Shown in pieces: positions 27,655 to 36,428 of a DNA stretch of 64,000 nt. Made by a program: the position numbers and the translations under genes. The notes under the pieces are model-generated. The model was not told the origin of the DNA and ran no database searches. It saw only the letters and a program-made list of their open reading frames with translations. The stretch's first letter is position 1. Every line of letters begins with the position of its first letter. The stretch lies in the NCBI GenBank assembly GCA_013203465.1, contig JABMNR010000089.1, forward strand, positions 2,487 through 66,486, in the 5' to 3' direction. The DNA is from Alphaproteobacteria bacterium (GTDB taxonomy: Bacteria > Pseudomonadota > Alphaproteobacteria > Thalassobaculales > Thalassobaculaceae).

Positions 27655-28917
27655 ATGAAAGCGATTGTGGTCGGCGGCGGCATCGGTGGGTTGACCGCCG
27701 CGCTCAGCCTGCACGAGCAGGGCATCGACGCCCATGTCTACGAACAGTCGCGCACCATCAAGGAGCTTGGCGTCGGCATCAACACACTGCCGCACGCGAT
27801 CAAGGAGCTGGCGGCGCTGAGCTTGCTGGAGACGCTCGACGCCATCGGCATTCGCACCCATGAGCTGATCTACACCAACCGCTTCGGCCAAGAGATCTGG
27901 CGCGACCTGCGTGGGCTCGACGCCGGGTATGAATTCCCCCAGTTCTCGATCCATCGCGGCAAGCTGCAGCGCGTGCTGTTGGACGCCGTCCTCGATCGGC
28001 TCGGTCCCGACAATGTCCATACCGGCCATCAGCTCGTCGACTTCACCGATGATGGCGCGACGGTCATAGCGGATTTCGAACGTCACGCCGACGGCGAAGG
28101 CGGCATCGCCGGAACGGTGGCGGACGCCGCCGATGTGTTGATCGGCGCCGACGGCATTCACTCGATCGTGCGCAAGCACTTCTACCCCGATGAAGGGCCG
28201 CCCTCGTGGAACGGCTTGATGTTGTGGCGCGGTGCCGTCGAGGGCAAACCGTTTCTCACCGGCCGGTCGATGATCATCGCCGGCGGCATGAACGCCAAAT
28301 TCGTCTGCTATCCGATCTACAACGACCCGGATTCTCCCGGCACCACGCTGCTCAACTGGGCGGTGGTGGCGCGGGTCAGCGACGGCTCAAGCCCGCCACC
28401 CCGGCGCGAGGACTGGAGCCGTCTCGGCCGCCGCAGCGAGCTGATGCAATACGTCGATGGCGTGTTCCATATTGACGTGGTCGACCCGGCGCGGATCATC
28501 AACTCGACCATCGACTTCTACGAGTACCCGATGTGCGACCGTGACCCGCTCGACCGCTGGTCGTTCGGCCGGGTGACACTGCTCGGCGATGCCGCCCATC
28601 CAATGTATCCGGTCGGCTCGAACGGCGCCTCGCAAGCGATCCTGGATGCCCGGTGCCTTGCCCCGTTGCTGGCGACGTCCAGCGGCGACGTGGAGGGCGC
28701 GCTCACCGCCTACGAGGCCGAGCGGCGGCCGCTGACCGCCGAGATCGTGCGCACCAACCGCAAGGGCGGCCCGGAACAGGTGATCGATCTGGTCGAGGAA
28801 CGCGCGCCCGAGGGCTTCGAGGCCATCGACGACGTCGCCAGCCACGAGGAGTTGGAGGCGGTCGTACGCGGCTACGCCAGCCTCGCCAAGTTCAGCCAAT
28901 CGGATGTGAACCGATAG
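27655..28917 (+). CDS. FAD-dependent aromatic-ring-hydroxylase-type monooxygenase
   Basis: Track ORF 27631..28917. ATG 27655 has AAGGGGA upstream. VVGGGIGGL dinucleotide fold, GADGIHS, LLGDAAHPMYPVGSNGASQAILDA. Confidence 0.85.
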   Translation: MKAIVVGGGIGGLTAALSLHEQGIDAHVYEQSRTIKELGVGINTLPHAIKELAALSLLETLDAIGIRTHELIYTNRFGQEIWRDLRGLDAGYEFPQFSIHRGKLQRVLLDAVLDRLGPDNVHTGHQLVDFTDDGATVIADFERHADGEGGIAGTVADAADVLIGADGIHSIVRKHFYPDEGPPSWNGLMLWRGAVEGKPFLTGRSMIIAGGMNAKFVCYPIYNDPDSPGTTLLNWAVVARVSDGSSPPPRREDWSRLGRRSELMQYVDGVFHIDVVDPARIINSTIDFYEYPMCDRDPLDRWSFGRVTLLGDAAHPMYPVGSNGASQAILDARCLAPLLATSSGDVEGALTAYEAERRPLTAEIVRTNRKGGPEQVIDLVEERAPEGFEAIDDVASHEELEAVVRGYASLAKFSQSDVNR

Positions 28918-29108
28918 ACAGTCCTAGCCACTGACCGTTAACAAAGCGGTTTTCGGCCGGATCACGATCTTGAGCGATTGGCTCTGATAGCGCCGCGCGT
29001 GGCGGTAACGATTAACCGCCAAGGATCAACAATATCTTGCCTTTGTTAGCTTTCGTCCGTCAAAAAATGTCCCAGCGCTTCGTCGAGACGCCCCCAGGGA
29101 GGATACGC

Positions 29109-29744
29109 ATGATCTACGAATTCAGGACCTACACCACCGCGATCGGCATGGCACCGGAGCTCGCCCGGCTGTCCGGCGAGATCGGCCGCGACATCCGCAA
29201 GGACGATTATGGCAAGCTCGAAGGTTACTGGATGACCGAGATCGGACCGCTGAACCAAGTCATGCATCTGTGGTCATATGCCGATCTGAATACCCGCCAG
29301 GAGTTGCGCGACGCGCTGGGCCGGAACGACGCCTGGCGTACGAAGTATCTGCCGGTGGCCGGACCGCTGATCATACGACAGGACGTCCGGCTGATGCGGG
29401 CGGTCAAGCCGGTCGTCGCCCCGACCGGAACGGGCCACGTCTTCGAGTACCGCGTCTATCGGTGCAAGGTCGGCAAGACGCGGCCGTTCGCCGAGAAGCT
29501 GCGCGACGCCATGCCGGTGCGTGAGAAATATTCGCAGAACGTCGGCATCTGGCTGTCGGAAGCCGGCCAGCCGAACGAGGTTTCGCATCTCTGGGCTTAC
29601 GACAGCCTGAACCACCGCGCCGAGGTTCGCGCCGCCGTCGCCCGCGACCCAGAGTGGCAGGCATTCACTAAGAACGGGCCGGAATTGATCGAGGAGATGC
29701 AGACGATGATCCTGCTGCCGTCGGCGCATTCACCTATGCGGTAA
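29109..29744 (+). CDS. NIPSNAP-family protein (two NIPSNAP repeats)
   Basis: Track ORF 29037..29744. ATG 29109 has GGGAGGA upstream. MIYEFRTY...VMHLWSYADL and VFEYRVY...VSHLWAYDSL duplicated pattern. Confidence 0.8.
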   Translation: MIYEFRTYTTAIGMAPELARLSGEIGRDIRKDDYGKLEGYWMTEIGPLNQVMHLWSYADLNTRQELRDALGRNDAWRTKYLPVAGPLIIRQDVRLMRAVKPVVAPTGTGHVFEYRVYRCKVGKTRPFAEKLRDAMPVREKYSQNVGIWLSEAGQPNEVSHLWAYDSLNHRAEVRAAVARDPEWQAFTKNGPELIEEMQTMILLPSAHSPMR

Positions 29745-29776
29745 CGGCGCGGGACCAGGACGGATGCATGCGCCGC

Positions 29777-30811
29777 CTATCCGCCCGTCGCGGCGCCCGG
29801 CGCCCGAACAGGCAGCCCAAATTCGCGGGCCAGCAAGGCATAGCTGTCGTGGCGCGCCTGCTCGTCGTGCGTCCAGGTGACGATCGCCAGCTCATCGATG
29901 CCGATCCGCTCGGCCAGCTCTGTAATTCGGGCGGCGACCTCGGGAGCGGCACCGACGAAGGTGGTGCGCCGCAGTTCGGCGATCCGCGCCGCCTCCGTAT
30001 CGGTGTAGTCATAGCCCAGCGCCACGTCCGGCGGGTCCAGCGGCAGGTAGACCCCACGGTCGCGGTAAAGCTGCCAGCGGGCACGCGAACTGAAGTGGTA
30101 CTGCGCCTCGTCATGACTGGCAGCGGCCAGCGCCCACACGCAGATCCCGGCGTTCGGAACCGGGTGCCGAACGCTCGGCCGATAGTGCTGGCGGTAAATA
30201 TCGAGCGCCTCCGGCCCACCGCGGCCGTCGGTGAAGAACCACGCGAAGCTGTAGGGCAAACCGAAATGCGCGGCGACCTGGGCGCCGTAGGTCGAGCTGC
30301 CCAGGATCCAGATCTCCGGCGCGGTATCGCCCTTTGGCATTGCCTCGACCGCGCCGAACGGGTGGTTTTCCGACAACGGCTCGCCATGCACCCAGGCGAT
30401 CAGATCGCTCACGTCGTTCGGGAATTGCGCCGGCCGTTCGTTCGCCATCGGGTTTAGCGCAAAGGCGGTGCGGCTGTCCGAGCCGGGAGCCCGTCCGAGC
30501 CCGAGGTCGATGCGTCCAGGCGCCAGTGCATCGAGCACGCGGAATTGTTCGGCGACCTTCAACGGCGCGTAGTGCGGCAGCATGACGCCGGCACTGCCGA
30601 CCCGGATGTGCCGAGTGTGGGTCGCGATCGCGGCGATCAGGATCTCTGGCGCGGTGCCGACGATGGTCGGGTGGCTGTGGTGCTCCGACACCCAGAACCG
30701 GTGATAGCCGAGGTCGTCGCAGTGCTGTGCCAGCGCCAGGGTGTCGCGGATCGCCGCGCCCTGCGGCCGGCCGGCGGCGGCGATCGACTGGTCGAGAATG
30801 GAAAGACGCAC
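29777..30811 (-). CDS. luciferase-like (LLM class) flavin-dependent oxidoreductase
   Basis: Track ORF 29777..30841. The family-typical start (M)RLSILDQS corresponds to GTG 30811 (GGAG upstream). FWVSEHH motif. ATG 30841 remains an alternative start. Confidence 0.8.
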   Translation of the reverse strand: MRLSILDQSIAAAGRPQGAAIRDTLALAQHCDDLGYHRFWVSEHHSHPTIVGTAPEILIAAIATHTRHIRVGSAGVMLPHYAPLKVAEQFRVLDALAPGRIDLGLGRAPGSDSRTAFALNPMANERPAQFPNDVSDLIAWVHGEPLSENHPFGAVEAMPKGDTAPEIWILGSSTYGAQVAAHFGLPYSFAWFFTDGRGGPEALDIYRQHYRPSVRHPVPNAGICVWALAAASHDEAQYHFSSRARWQLYRDRGVYLPLDPPDVALGYDYTDTEAARIAELRRTTFVGAAPEVAARITELAERIGIDELAIVTWTHDEQARHDSYALLAREFGLPVRAPGAATGG

Positions 30812-30848
30812 GGTGAGGCACTCCTGATGTCGGTCGATCACGGTCCCG

Positions 30849-32132
30849 CTAGGTCCGACGTCCCTCGATCCGCGGCAAGAAGGCTGTCAGCAGGCCGAGC
30901 AGTGGCAGGAACGCGCACGCCCGGTAGACCGTCTCAAGGCTGGTCCAGTCGGCGATCTGACCGAGCCCGTCGGCACCCAACCCACCGAGCCCGAAGGAGA
31001 AGCCGAAGAACACGCCGGCCACCATGCCGACCCGCCCGGGTATGAGATCCTGAGCATAGACCAGGATCGCCGAGAATGCCGAGGCCATGATGAGCCCGAT
31101 CAGGATCGACAAAACGAGCGTCGCGACCAGCCCGACATACGGCAGTGCCAAGGTGAACGGCAACACGCCGAAGATCGAGAACCAGATCACCGGGATCCGA
31201 CCGACCCGATCGCCGACGATGCCCCCTGCCAGGGTCCCGACAACCAAGGCGGCGAGGAATGCGAACAGCGCGACCTGTGCCTCCTGAATCGACAGCCCGA
31301 AATTGCCGATCAGGTAGAACGTATAGTAGGAGCTGAGGCTCGCGGTGTAGACGTTCTTGGAGAACAGCAGCACCACCAGCACGGCGATCGCCACCAGCAC
31401 TCGCCCGCGGGTCATGACCGGGCCATCCTCCGCTTCCCGTCCCCGGGGCTTCGGCGCCGCCCGTCGGCGGTTATGCGAATACCAGTGGCCGACGGCGGAC
31501 AGCACCATGATCGCCAGCACCGCGGCGGCCGAAAACCAGATGATACTGGCTTGACCGCGCGGCACCACCACGAAGGCCGCGAGCAGCGGGCCGATCGCCG
31601 AGCCGGTGTTGCCGCCGACCTGGAACAGCGACTGAGCGAAACCATAGCGGCCGCCCGAGGCCATACGGGCGACGCGCGACGCCTCCGGATGGAACACCGA
31701 TGACCCGATGCCAATCAGTGCCGCCGCCAACAGGATCACCGGGTAGCTAGCGGCGCTCGACAGCAGCAGCAGGCCGACCAGGGTGAAACCCATGCCGACG
31801 GGCAGCGAGTAGGGAAGCGGGTGGCGATCGGTGTACATGCCGACCAGCGGCTGCAGGAACGAGGCGGTGATCTGGAACGCAAAGGTGATCAGGCCAATCT
31901 GCGCGAAGTCGAGGCTATAGCTGTCCTTCAGGATCGGATAGAGCGCCGGGACCAGCGACTGCATCATGTCGTTCAACAGATGGCAGAAGCTCAGCGACAA
32001 GATCACGGCGAAAGCGGTGCCGTCGGCCTCGTCAGCGGCGGATGGGTTGGTCGGCTGCGCGGCCACCGCGGGTACAATCGGGATCGTCGGAGCACTGGTC
32101 CGCATGGTTCTGTCGATCACAGTGAAACCCAT
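30849..32132 (-). CDS. MFS transporter (Fsr / fosmidomycin-resistance-like subfamily)
   Basis: 427 aa with about 12 hydrophobic helices. N-terminal SFCHLLNDMMQSLVPALYPILK pattern is typical of Fsr-type MFS proteins as I recall them. Confidence 0.75.
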   Translation of the reverse strand: MGFTVIDRTMRTSAPTIPIVPAVAAQPTNPSAADEADGTAFAVILSLSFCHLLNDMMQSLVPALYPILKDSYSLDFAQIGLITFAFQITASFLQPLVGMYTDRHPLPYSLPVGMGFTLVGLLLLSSAASYPVILLAAALIGIGSSVFHPEASRVARMASGGRYGFAQSLFQVGGNTGSAIGPLLAAFVVVPRGQASIIWFSAAAVLAIMVLSAVGHWYSHNRRRAAPKPRGREAEDGPVMTRGRVLVAIAVLVVLLFSKNVYTASLSSYYTFYLIGNFGLSIQEAQVALFAFLAALVVGTLAGGIVGDRVGRIPVIWFSIFGVLPFTLALPYVGLVATLVLSILIGLIMASAFSAILVYAQDLIPGRVGMVAGVFFGFSFGLGGLGADGLGQIADWTSLETVYRACAFLPLLGLLTAFLPRIEGRRT

Positions 32133-32316
32133 GAATTGAGAGCGATCGGCAACCGACCATCAAGCCCGTAGTATTGCCGGAGTACGGTGCGAAACCAATC
32201 CGCCGTCGGTGCCAGCCCGGCAATCCATTCGTTCCCATCAGCCAGCGATCCCTTCCCTGTGCAGTCACCCACACCGATGATTTGGACCGAAAAGGGTGGA
32301 TGATGGCGAGGAAGGA

Positions 32317-32763
32317 TCACACCCCTGGCGGCGGCAGGAACTCGACCTCATGCTGGGCGGCGAGGCGCACCACTTCCTCGGGGTCGGTCAGATTGTGGAT
32401 CTTGTCGAACAGCTGACGCAGGGTCCGCGACGGGCTTACCCAAAACAGCGCCTTCACCGCGCCCTCGGATTTATTGAAGATGCCATGCGGAATGCCCATC
32501 GGCATGCGCACCAGGTCGCCGGTCTTGGCGTGGTTGGTCTGGCCGTCGAGCATCAACTCGAAGGTACCGTCCAGCATGTAGATGAACTCGTCTTGGGTCG
32601 GGTGAATGTGTGGCGGCACGAAGGTGCCGACCGGAAACAGGGTTTCGAAGGTGAAGCAGCTCTCGCTCTCCTCCTTGAGGGTGTAGGTCTGCCCCAGGAT
32701 GTTCCACACCACACCATCCACACCCTTACCCGCCGGGGTGATTCCCGCCTCAAGCACCGTCAT
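32317..32763 (-). CDS. cupin-2 domain protein
   Basis: Track ORF 32317..32859. ATG 32763 has GGGAGA upstream. PPHIHPTQDEFIYMLDG...GIPHG cupin motifs. Confidence 0.75.
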   Translation of the reverse strand: MTVLEAGITPAGKGVDGVVWNILGQTYTLKEESESCFTFETLFPVGTFVPPHIHPTQDEFIYMLDGTFELMLDGQTNHAKTGDLVRMPMGIPHGIFNKSEGAVKALFWVSPSRTLRQLFDKIHNLTDPEEVVRLAAQHEVEFLPPPGV

Positions 32764-32843
32764 CGTCTCGTCTCCCGTCCCAATTGCTGTCAGGATTGAA
32801 CCATGACGCCCCGTGTCTGTGGAAGCGTGTTGAAGAGGCAACG

Positions 32844-33383
32844 ATGAACGATAAGGCATTCGCGGTTTCGGTTCGTCCCTCGACGGGCGACGACATCGCC
32901 GCCATTCAGGCGATCTACGCCCACCACGTCACCCACGGCCTCGGGTCGTTCGAGGAACAGCAACCCAGCGTCGAGGTCATGGCGGAACGCCGGCTAGCGG
33001 TTGTCGAACGAGGGTTGCCGCATCTTGTCGCCGAGGAAGGCGGCCGGGTCGTCGGCTTCGCCTATGTCGGCCCGTACCGTCCGCGCCCGGCCTATCGCTT
33101 CACGTTGGAGGACTCGGTTTACGTGACGCCGGACACGGCACGCCAAGGGGTTGGGCGGGCGTTGTTGAGCGAGTTGATCCGGATCGTCGAGGTCGGGCCG
33201 TGGCGGCAGATGATCGCGGCGATCGGGGATCGCGGCAACAGCGGGTCGATCGCCCTGCACGCCTCCTTGGGCTTTCACGAGGCGGGTCACCTGAGAGGGG
33301 TCGGATTCAAGCACGGCCGCTGGGTCGACGTCATCCTGATGCAGCGCGCGCTCGGGGTTGGTGAGGGACGCGAGCCCGATTGA
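32844..33383 (+). CDS. GNAT N-acetyltransferase, phosphinothricin/methionine-sulfoximine acetyltransferase (PAT)-like
   Basis: Track ORF 32784..33383. Start moved to MNDKAFAVSVRP. IAAIQAIYAHHV...SFEE...PYRPRPAYRFTLEDSVYV...RQGVGRALL pattern is typical of the PAT subgroup. Confidence 0.75.
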   Translation: MNDKAFAVSVRPSTGDDIAAIQAIYAHHVTHGLGSFEEQQPSVEVMAERRLAVVERGLPHLVAEEGGRVVGFAYVGPYRPRPAYRFTLEDSVYVTPDTARQGVGRALLSELIRIVEVGPWRQMIAAIGDRGNSGSIALHASLGFHEAGHLRGVGFKHGRWVDVILMQRALGVGEGREPD

Positions 33384-33494
33384 TCGATCGCACCGCTAGA
33401 ATTTAGTTGGCCCTCGCTTACCCCTTCTCCATGGAACGCAAACACGATCGCGCTCCTAGGTCTGGAGTTGGAGTTCCCTCGGTTGTGTGGACAG

Positions 33495-33632
33495 TTAGGG
33501 GCTTGCGGACTCCAGTCGTTGACGGGCGCTCTTTTCGTTGTTGATGGGTGACTGATATCCCAGCGCCGAATGGCGCCGTCCGGGGTTTTCTCCACCAGCG
33601 TGCGCAGGGTCATCATGTCGTCGATCATCGGT
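33495..33632 (-). mobile_element. C-terminal remnant of an IS3-family-type DDE transposase (rve domain end)
   Basis: Reverse-strand frame reads ...ENPGRRHSALGYQSPINNEKSARQRLESASP*. RRHSALGYxSP..E is the characteristic end of IS3-type integrase-core transposases. No intact upstream transposase body is present. Confidence 0.4.
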
Positions 33633-33907
33633 CGTCCTTCCGGTTCAGGTTGGTGTTAGCAACCAGACCCTACCGGAAAGCGCCGATGACCACCGAGCCG
33701 CCCTGCTACGCCACCACCGGGGACACGACCAGATAATTTTGCCTGATTATCTTCCGACCATTTCGCCTTCCTTTGACAAAATCCTTCTCCATCCTTGGAT
33801 CAGTTGAGTTCGTTTAATAGAATTTTTCTGAAAGAAGAAAGAAGATTGACAGAAATTCTACTTCTGAAAATATCTTTTCAATTCAATCAAGATCAGAATG
33901 GTCCGAC

Positions 33908-34452
33908 ATGCCCACACAGATCGACACCACGCACGAAACAGCACCATCCGTCTCGGATGTCTTCGACATTTTGAACGCTGATGGGGCGGGTTCCGTGGTC
34001 TTGATTTGTGAGCACGCTTCCACTCGAATTCCCGCTCGCTACGGAACGCTCGGCCTTTCTCTCGAAGCCCGTTCCGGTCATATCGCGTGGGATCCCGGCG
34101 CTCGGGAGGTGGCGCTTCGGCTAATGGGAATCCTGGATGCACCACTGGTCGCAAGTCGGATCTCTCGACTAATCTACGATTGCAATCGACCGCCGGAACG
34201 ATCCGAACGGTTTGATGTCCCAGGAAATCGAGACCTTTCAGAGACGCAACGCCACGACCGCCAACGTTGCGTCTATGATCCCTTCAGGGCGCGTGGGGAA
34301 GAAAAAACCTGCCCAACGTCATGATAGAAACCCGCACTGACCTGCTGGCCGAAAAGACATCACGGGACAAGGTTTCTCGGGAAATCGGAACCCTGGTGCA
34401 AAGTGCGCTTGATCATTTGGGTCTTGCGACGAAGGAACGAGCCCATGGCTGA
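33908..34452 (+). pseudogene. N-formylglutamate amidohydrolase-like gene with internal deletion/frameshift
   Basis: Frame 1 (33908..34324) gives the family N-terminal half (VLICEHASTRIP, HIAWDPGA, SRLIYDCNRP, VPGNRDLS). It stops after about 138 aa near an A-run at 34298-34307. A different frame (about 34290..34452) reads LPNVMIETRTDLL...SALDHLGL, which is the family C-terminus. That frame's TGA overlaps the dctQ ATG (ATGGCTGA). Confidence 0.6.
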
Positions 34453-35041
34453 GTGGATGCGCCGCTATGTCCGCGCCGTCGAGACGATGAACAGGATCAT
34501 CGGACGCGGGGCGATGTATCTGGTGTTCGTTCTGATGGGTGTCTTGCTCTGGTCTTCGACCTCGAAGACATTCTTCGACCCCTCACTCTGGACACTCGAA
34601 ACCGCTCAGTTCGTGATGGTCGCATACTACATCCTGGGTGGGCCGTACTCGATCCAGCTCGGGTCGAACGTGCGCATGGACCTGTTCTACGGCGACTGGT
34701 CGATCCGCACCAAGGCATGGGTCGACGCGTTTACCGTACTGTTCCTGATGTTCTATCTAGGTGTGCTGTTCTACGGTGCGGCCAGTTCCACCGCTTATTC
34801 GCTCGGGTATTTCGGCAATGAGCCATTCGTCTTCTTTCGGGACTTGGCCATCGCCTTCGTTACCGGGGGAGCCGAGACGGCAGGAGAGATGATCGGACAT
34901 CTGGAGCGCAGTTCGACCGCTTGGCGGCCGCTCATCTGGCCGGTCAAGCTCTTGCTCTGCATCGGCATCCTATTGATGTTGTTGCAGAGTTTGGCGGAGT
35001 TGTTCAAGGACATCGAACGTATCCGCGAAGAGGTGAGCTGA
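34445..35041 (+). CDS. TRAP transporter small permease (DctQ-type)
   Basis: Track ORF 34403..35041. ATG 34445 has AAGGAACGAG upstream. Four hydrophobic helices. Followed by the large permease with a TGATG overlap. Confidence 0.8.
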   Translation: MAEWMRRYVRAVETMNRIIGRGAMYLVFVLMGVLLWSSTSKTFFDPSLWTLETAQFVMVAYYILGGPYSIQLGSNVRMDLFYGDWSIRTKAWVDAFTVLFLMFYLGVLFYGAASSTAYSLGYFGNEPFVFFRDLAIAFVTGGAETAGEMIGHLERSSTAWRPLIWPVKLLLCIGILLMLLQSLAELFKDIERIREEVS

Positions 35042-36363
35042 TGTCCCACGAGATGATCGCTCTCCTGATGTTCTCGTCGATGATGCTGATGCTGCTGACA
35101 GGCCAGCGGGTGTTCGCCGCGATCGGGTTCGTGGGCGCGTTCGCTGGCCTCATGCTGTGGGGCGTCGGCGGCGTCGAGATCCCGTTCGCGTCGGCTATGA
35201 AACTGATGAAGTGGTACCCGCTGCTGACCCTGCCGATGTTCATCTTCATGGGCTACGTGCTGTCGGAAAGCCGGATCGCGGACGACCTGTACCGCATGTT
35301 CCATGTCTGGATGGGCCCGGTTCGTGGCGGCCTCGCCATTGGAACCATCGGACTGATGGTCCTGATCTCGGCGATGAACGGCCTGTCGGTGGCGGGCATG
35401 GCGATCGGAGCGACGATCGCGCTGCCGGAACTGCTGCGGCGCGGCTACGACAAGATCATGGTGACCGGCGTTATTCAGGCAGGCTCGTCGCTCGGCATCC
35501 TGGTTCCGCCATCGGTCGTGCTTGTACTCTACGCGATGATCGCGCGCCAACCGGTGGGCCAACTTTGGTTGGCGGGGATGATGCCAGGACTGATGATGGC
35601 GGCCTTGTTCATCGTCTACATCTACGTCCGTTGCCGCCTGCAACCGCATCTCGGCCCACCTCTTAAAGCAGAGGAGCGTCATCTGCCGATGGCGGAGAAG
35701 CTGCGCCTGCTCCGCGCCGGCATGCTGCCGATCGCCATCTTCGCGGCGATGATGGTGCCCTTCGTCAACGGCTGGACCTCGTTGGTGGAGAGCTCGGCGA
35801 TCGGGGCGATCACGGCGTTCCTCGTTGCCGTCCTAAAGGGCCGTATGACGCGCAAGGTATTCGAGAACACGACTCGCAACACGCTTGCGATATCCTGCAT
35901 GTTCATGTGGATCATTCTGGCCGCCCTCGCCTTCGGGGCGATCTTCGACGGACTAGGGGCGGTGCGCGCGATCGAGGCGCTGTTCACCGAGCAGTTGGGT
36001 CTCAGCCCCTGGACAATCCTGATTCTGATGCAGCTGAGCTTCATCCTGATGGGCACGTTCCTGGACGACACCGCGATGCTCGTGATCGTCGCTCCGCTCT
36101 ACGTTCCACTGGTCGGCAGCATGGGCTTTGACCTGATCTGGTACGGCGTTCTGTACACGATTACCACGCAGATCGCCTATATGACCCCGCCTTTCGGCTA
36201 CAATTTGTTCCTGATGCGGGCGATGGCGCCGCCGGAGATCAGCCTGCGAGACATCTACCGCTCCATCATCCCGTTTTCGCTGGTGATGGTATTGGCGCTG
36301 GTGATCGTGATGGTTTTCCCGCAGGTCGCCCTGTGGCTACCGGATACGGTCTATGGAAAATAA
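35041..36363 (+). CDS. TRAP transporter large permease (DctM-type)
   Basis: Track ORF 34921..36363. Start at ATG 35041 (MSHEMIALLMF). Polytopic 440-aa permease with typical DctM pattern. Confidence 0.9.
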   Translation: MSHEMIALLMFSSMMLMLLTGQRVFAAIGFVGAFAGLMLWGVGGVEIPFASAMKLMKWYPLLTLPMFIFMGYVLSESRIADDLYRMFHVWMGPVRGGLAIGTIGLMVLISAMNGLSVAGMAIGATIALPELLRRGYDKIMVTGVIQAGSSLGILVPPSVVLVLYAMIARQPVGQLWLAGMMPGLMMAALFIVYIYVRCRLQPHLGPPLKAEERHLPMAEKLRLLRAGMLPIAIFAAMMVPFVNGWTSLVESSAIGAITAFLVAVLKGRMTRKVFENTTRNTLAISCMFMWIILAALAFGAIFDGLGAVRAIEALFTEQLGLSPWTILILMQLSFILMGTFLDDTAMLVIVAPLYVPLVGSMGFDLIWYGVLYTITTQIAYMTPPFGYNLFLMRAMAPPEISLRDIYRSIIPFSLVMVLALVIVMVFPQVALWLPDTVYGK

Positions 36364-36428
36364 AAATAAGAAGGTTCCGCGAGGGCCCCCAGGCATTCGT
36401 GTTCAACCATTGGAACAGGAGAGACAGC

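Noticed and set aside
33287-33628. 113-aa track ORF whose start MIDDMMTLRTLVEKTPD resembles the N-terminus of IS256-family transposases
   Set aside because: The similarity covers only about 15 residues and is not continued. A different frame of the same DNA gives the much more diagnostic RRHSALGYQSP IS3-type C-terminal motif. The track ORF also overlaps the GNAT gene end. I kept only the IS3-remnant interpretation, at low confidence.
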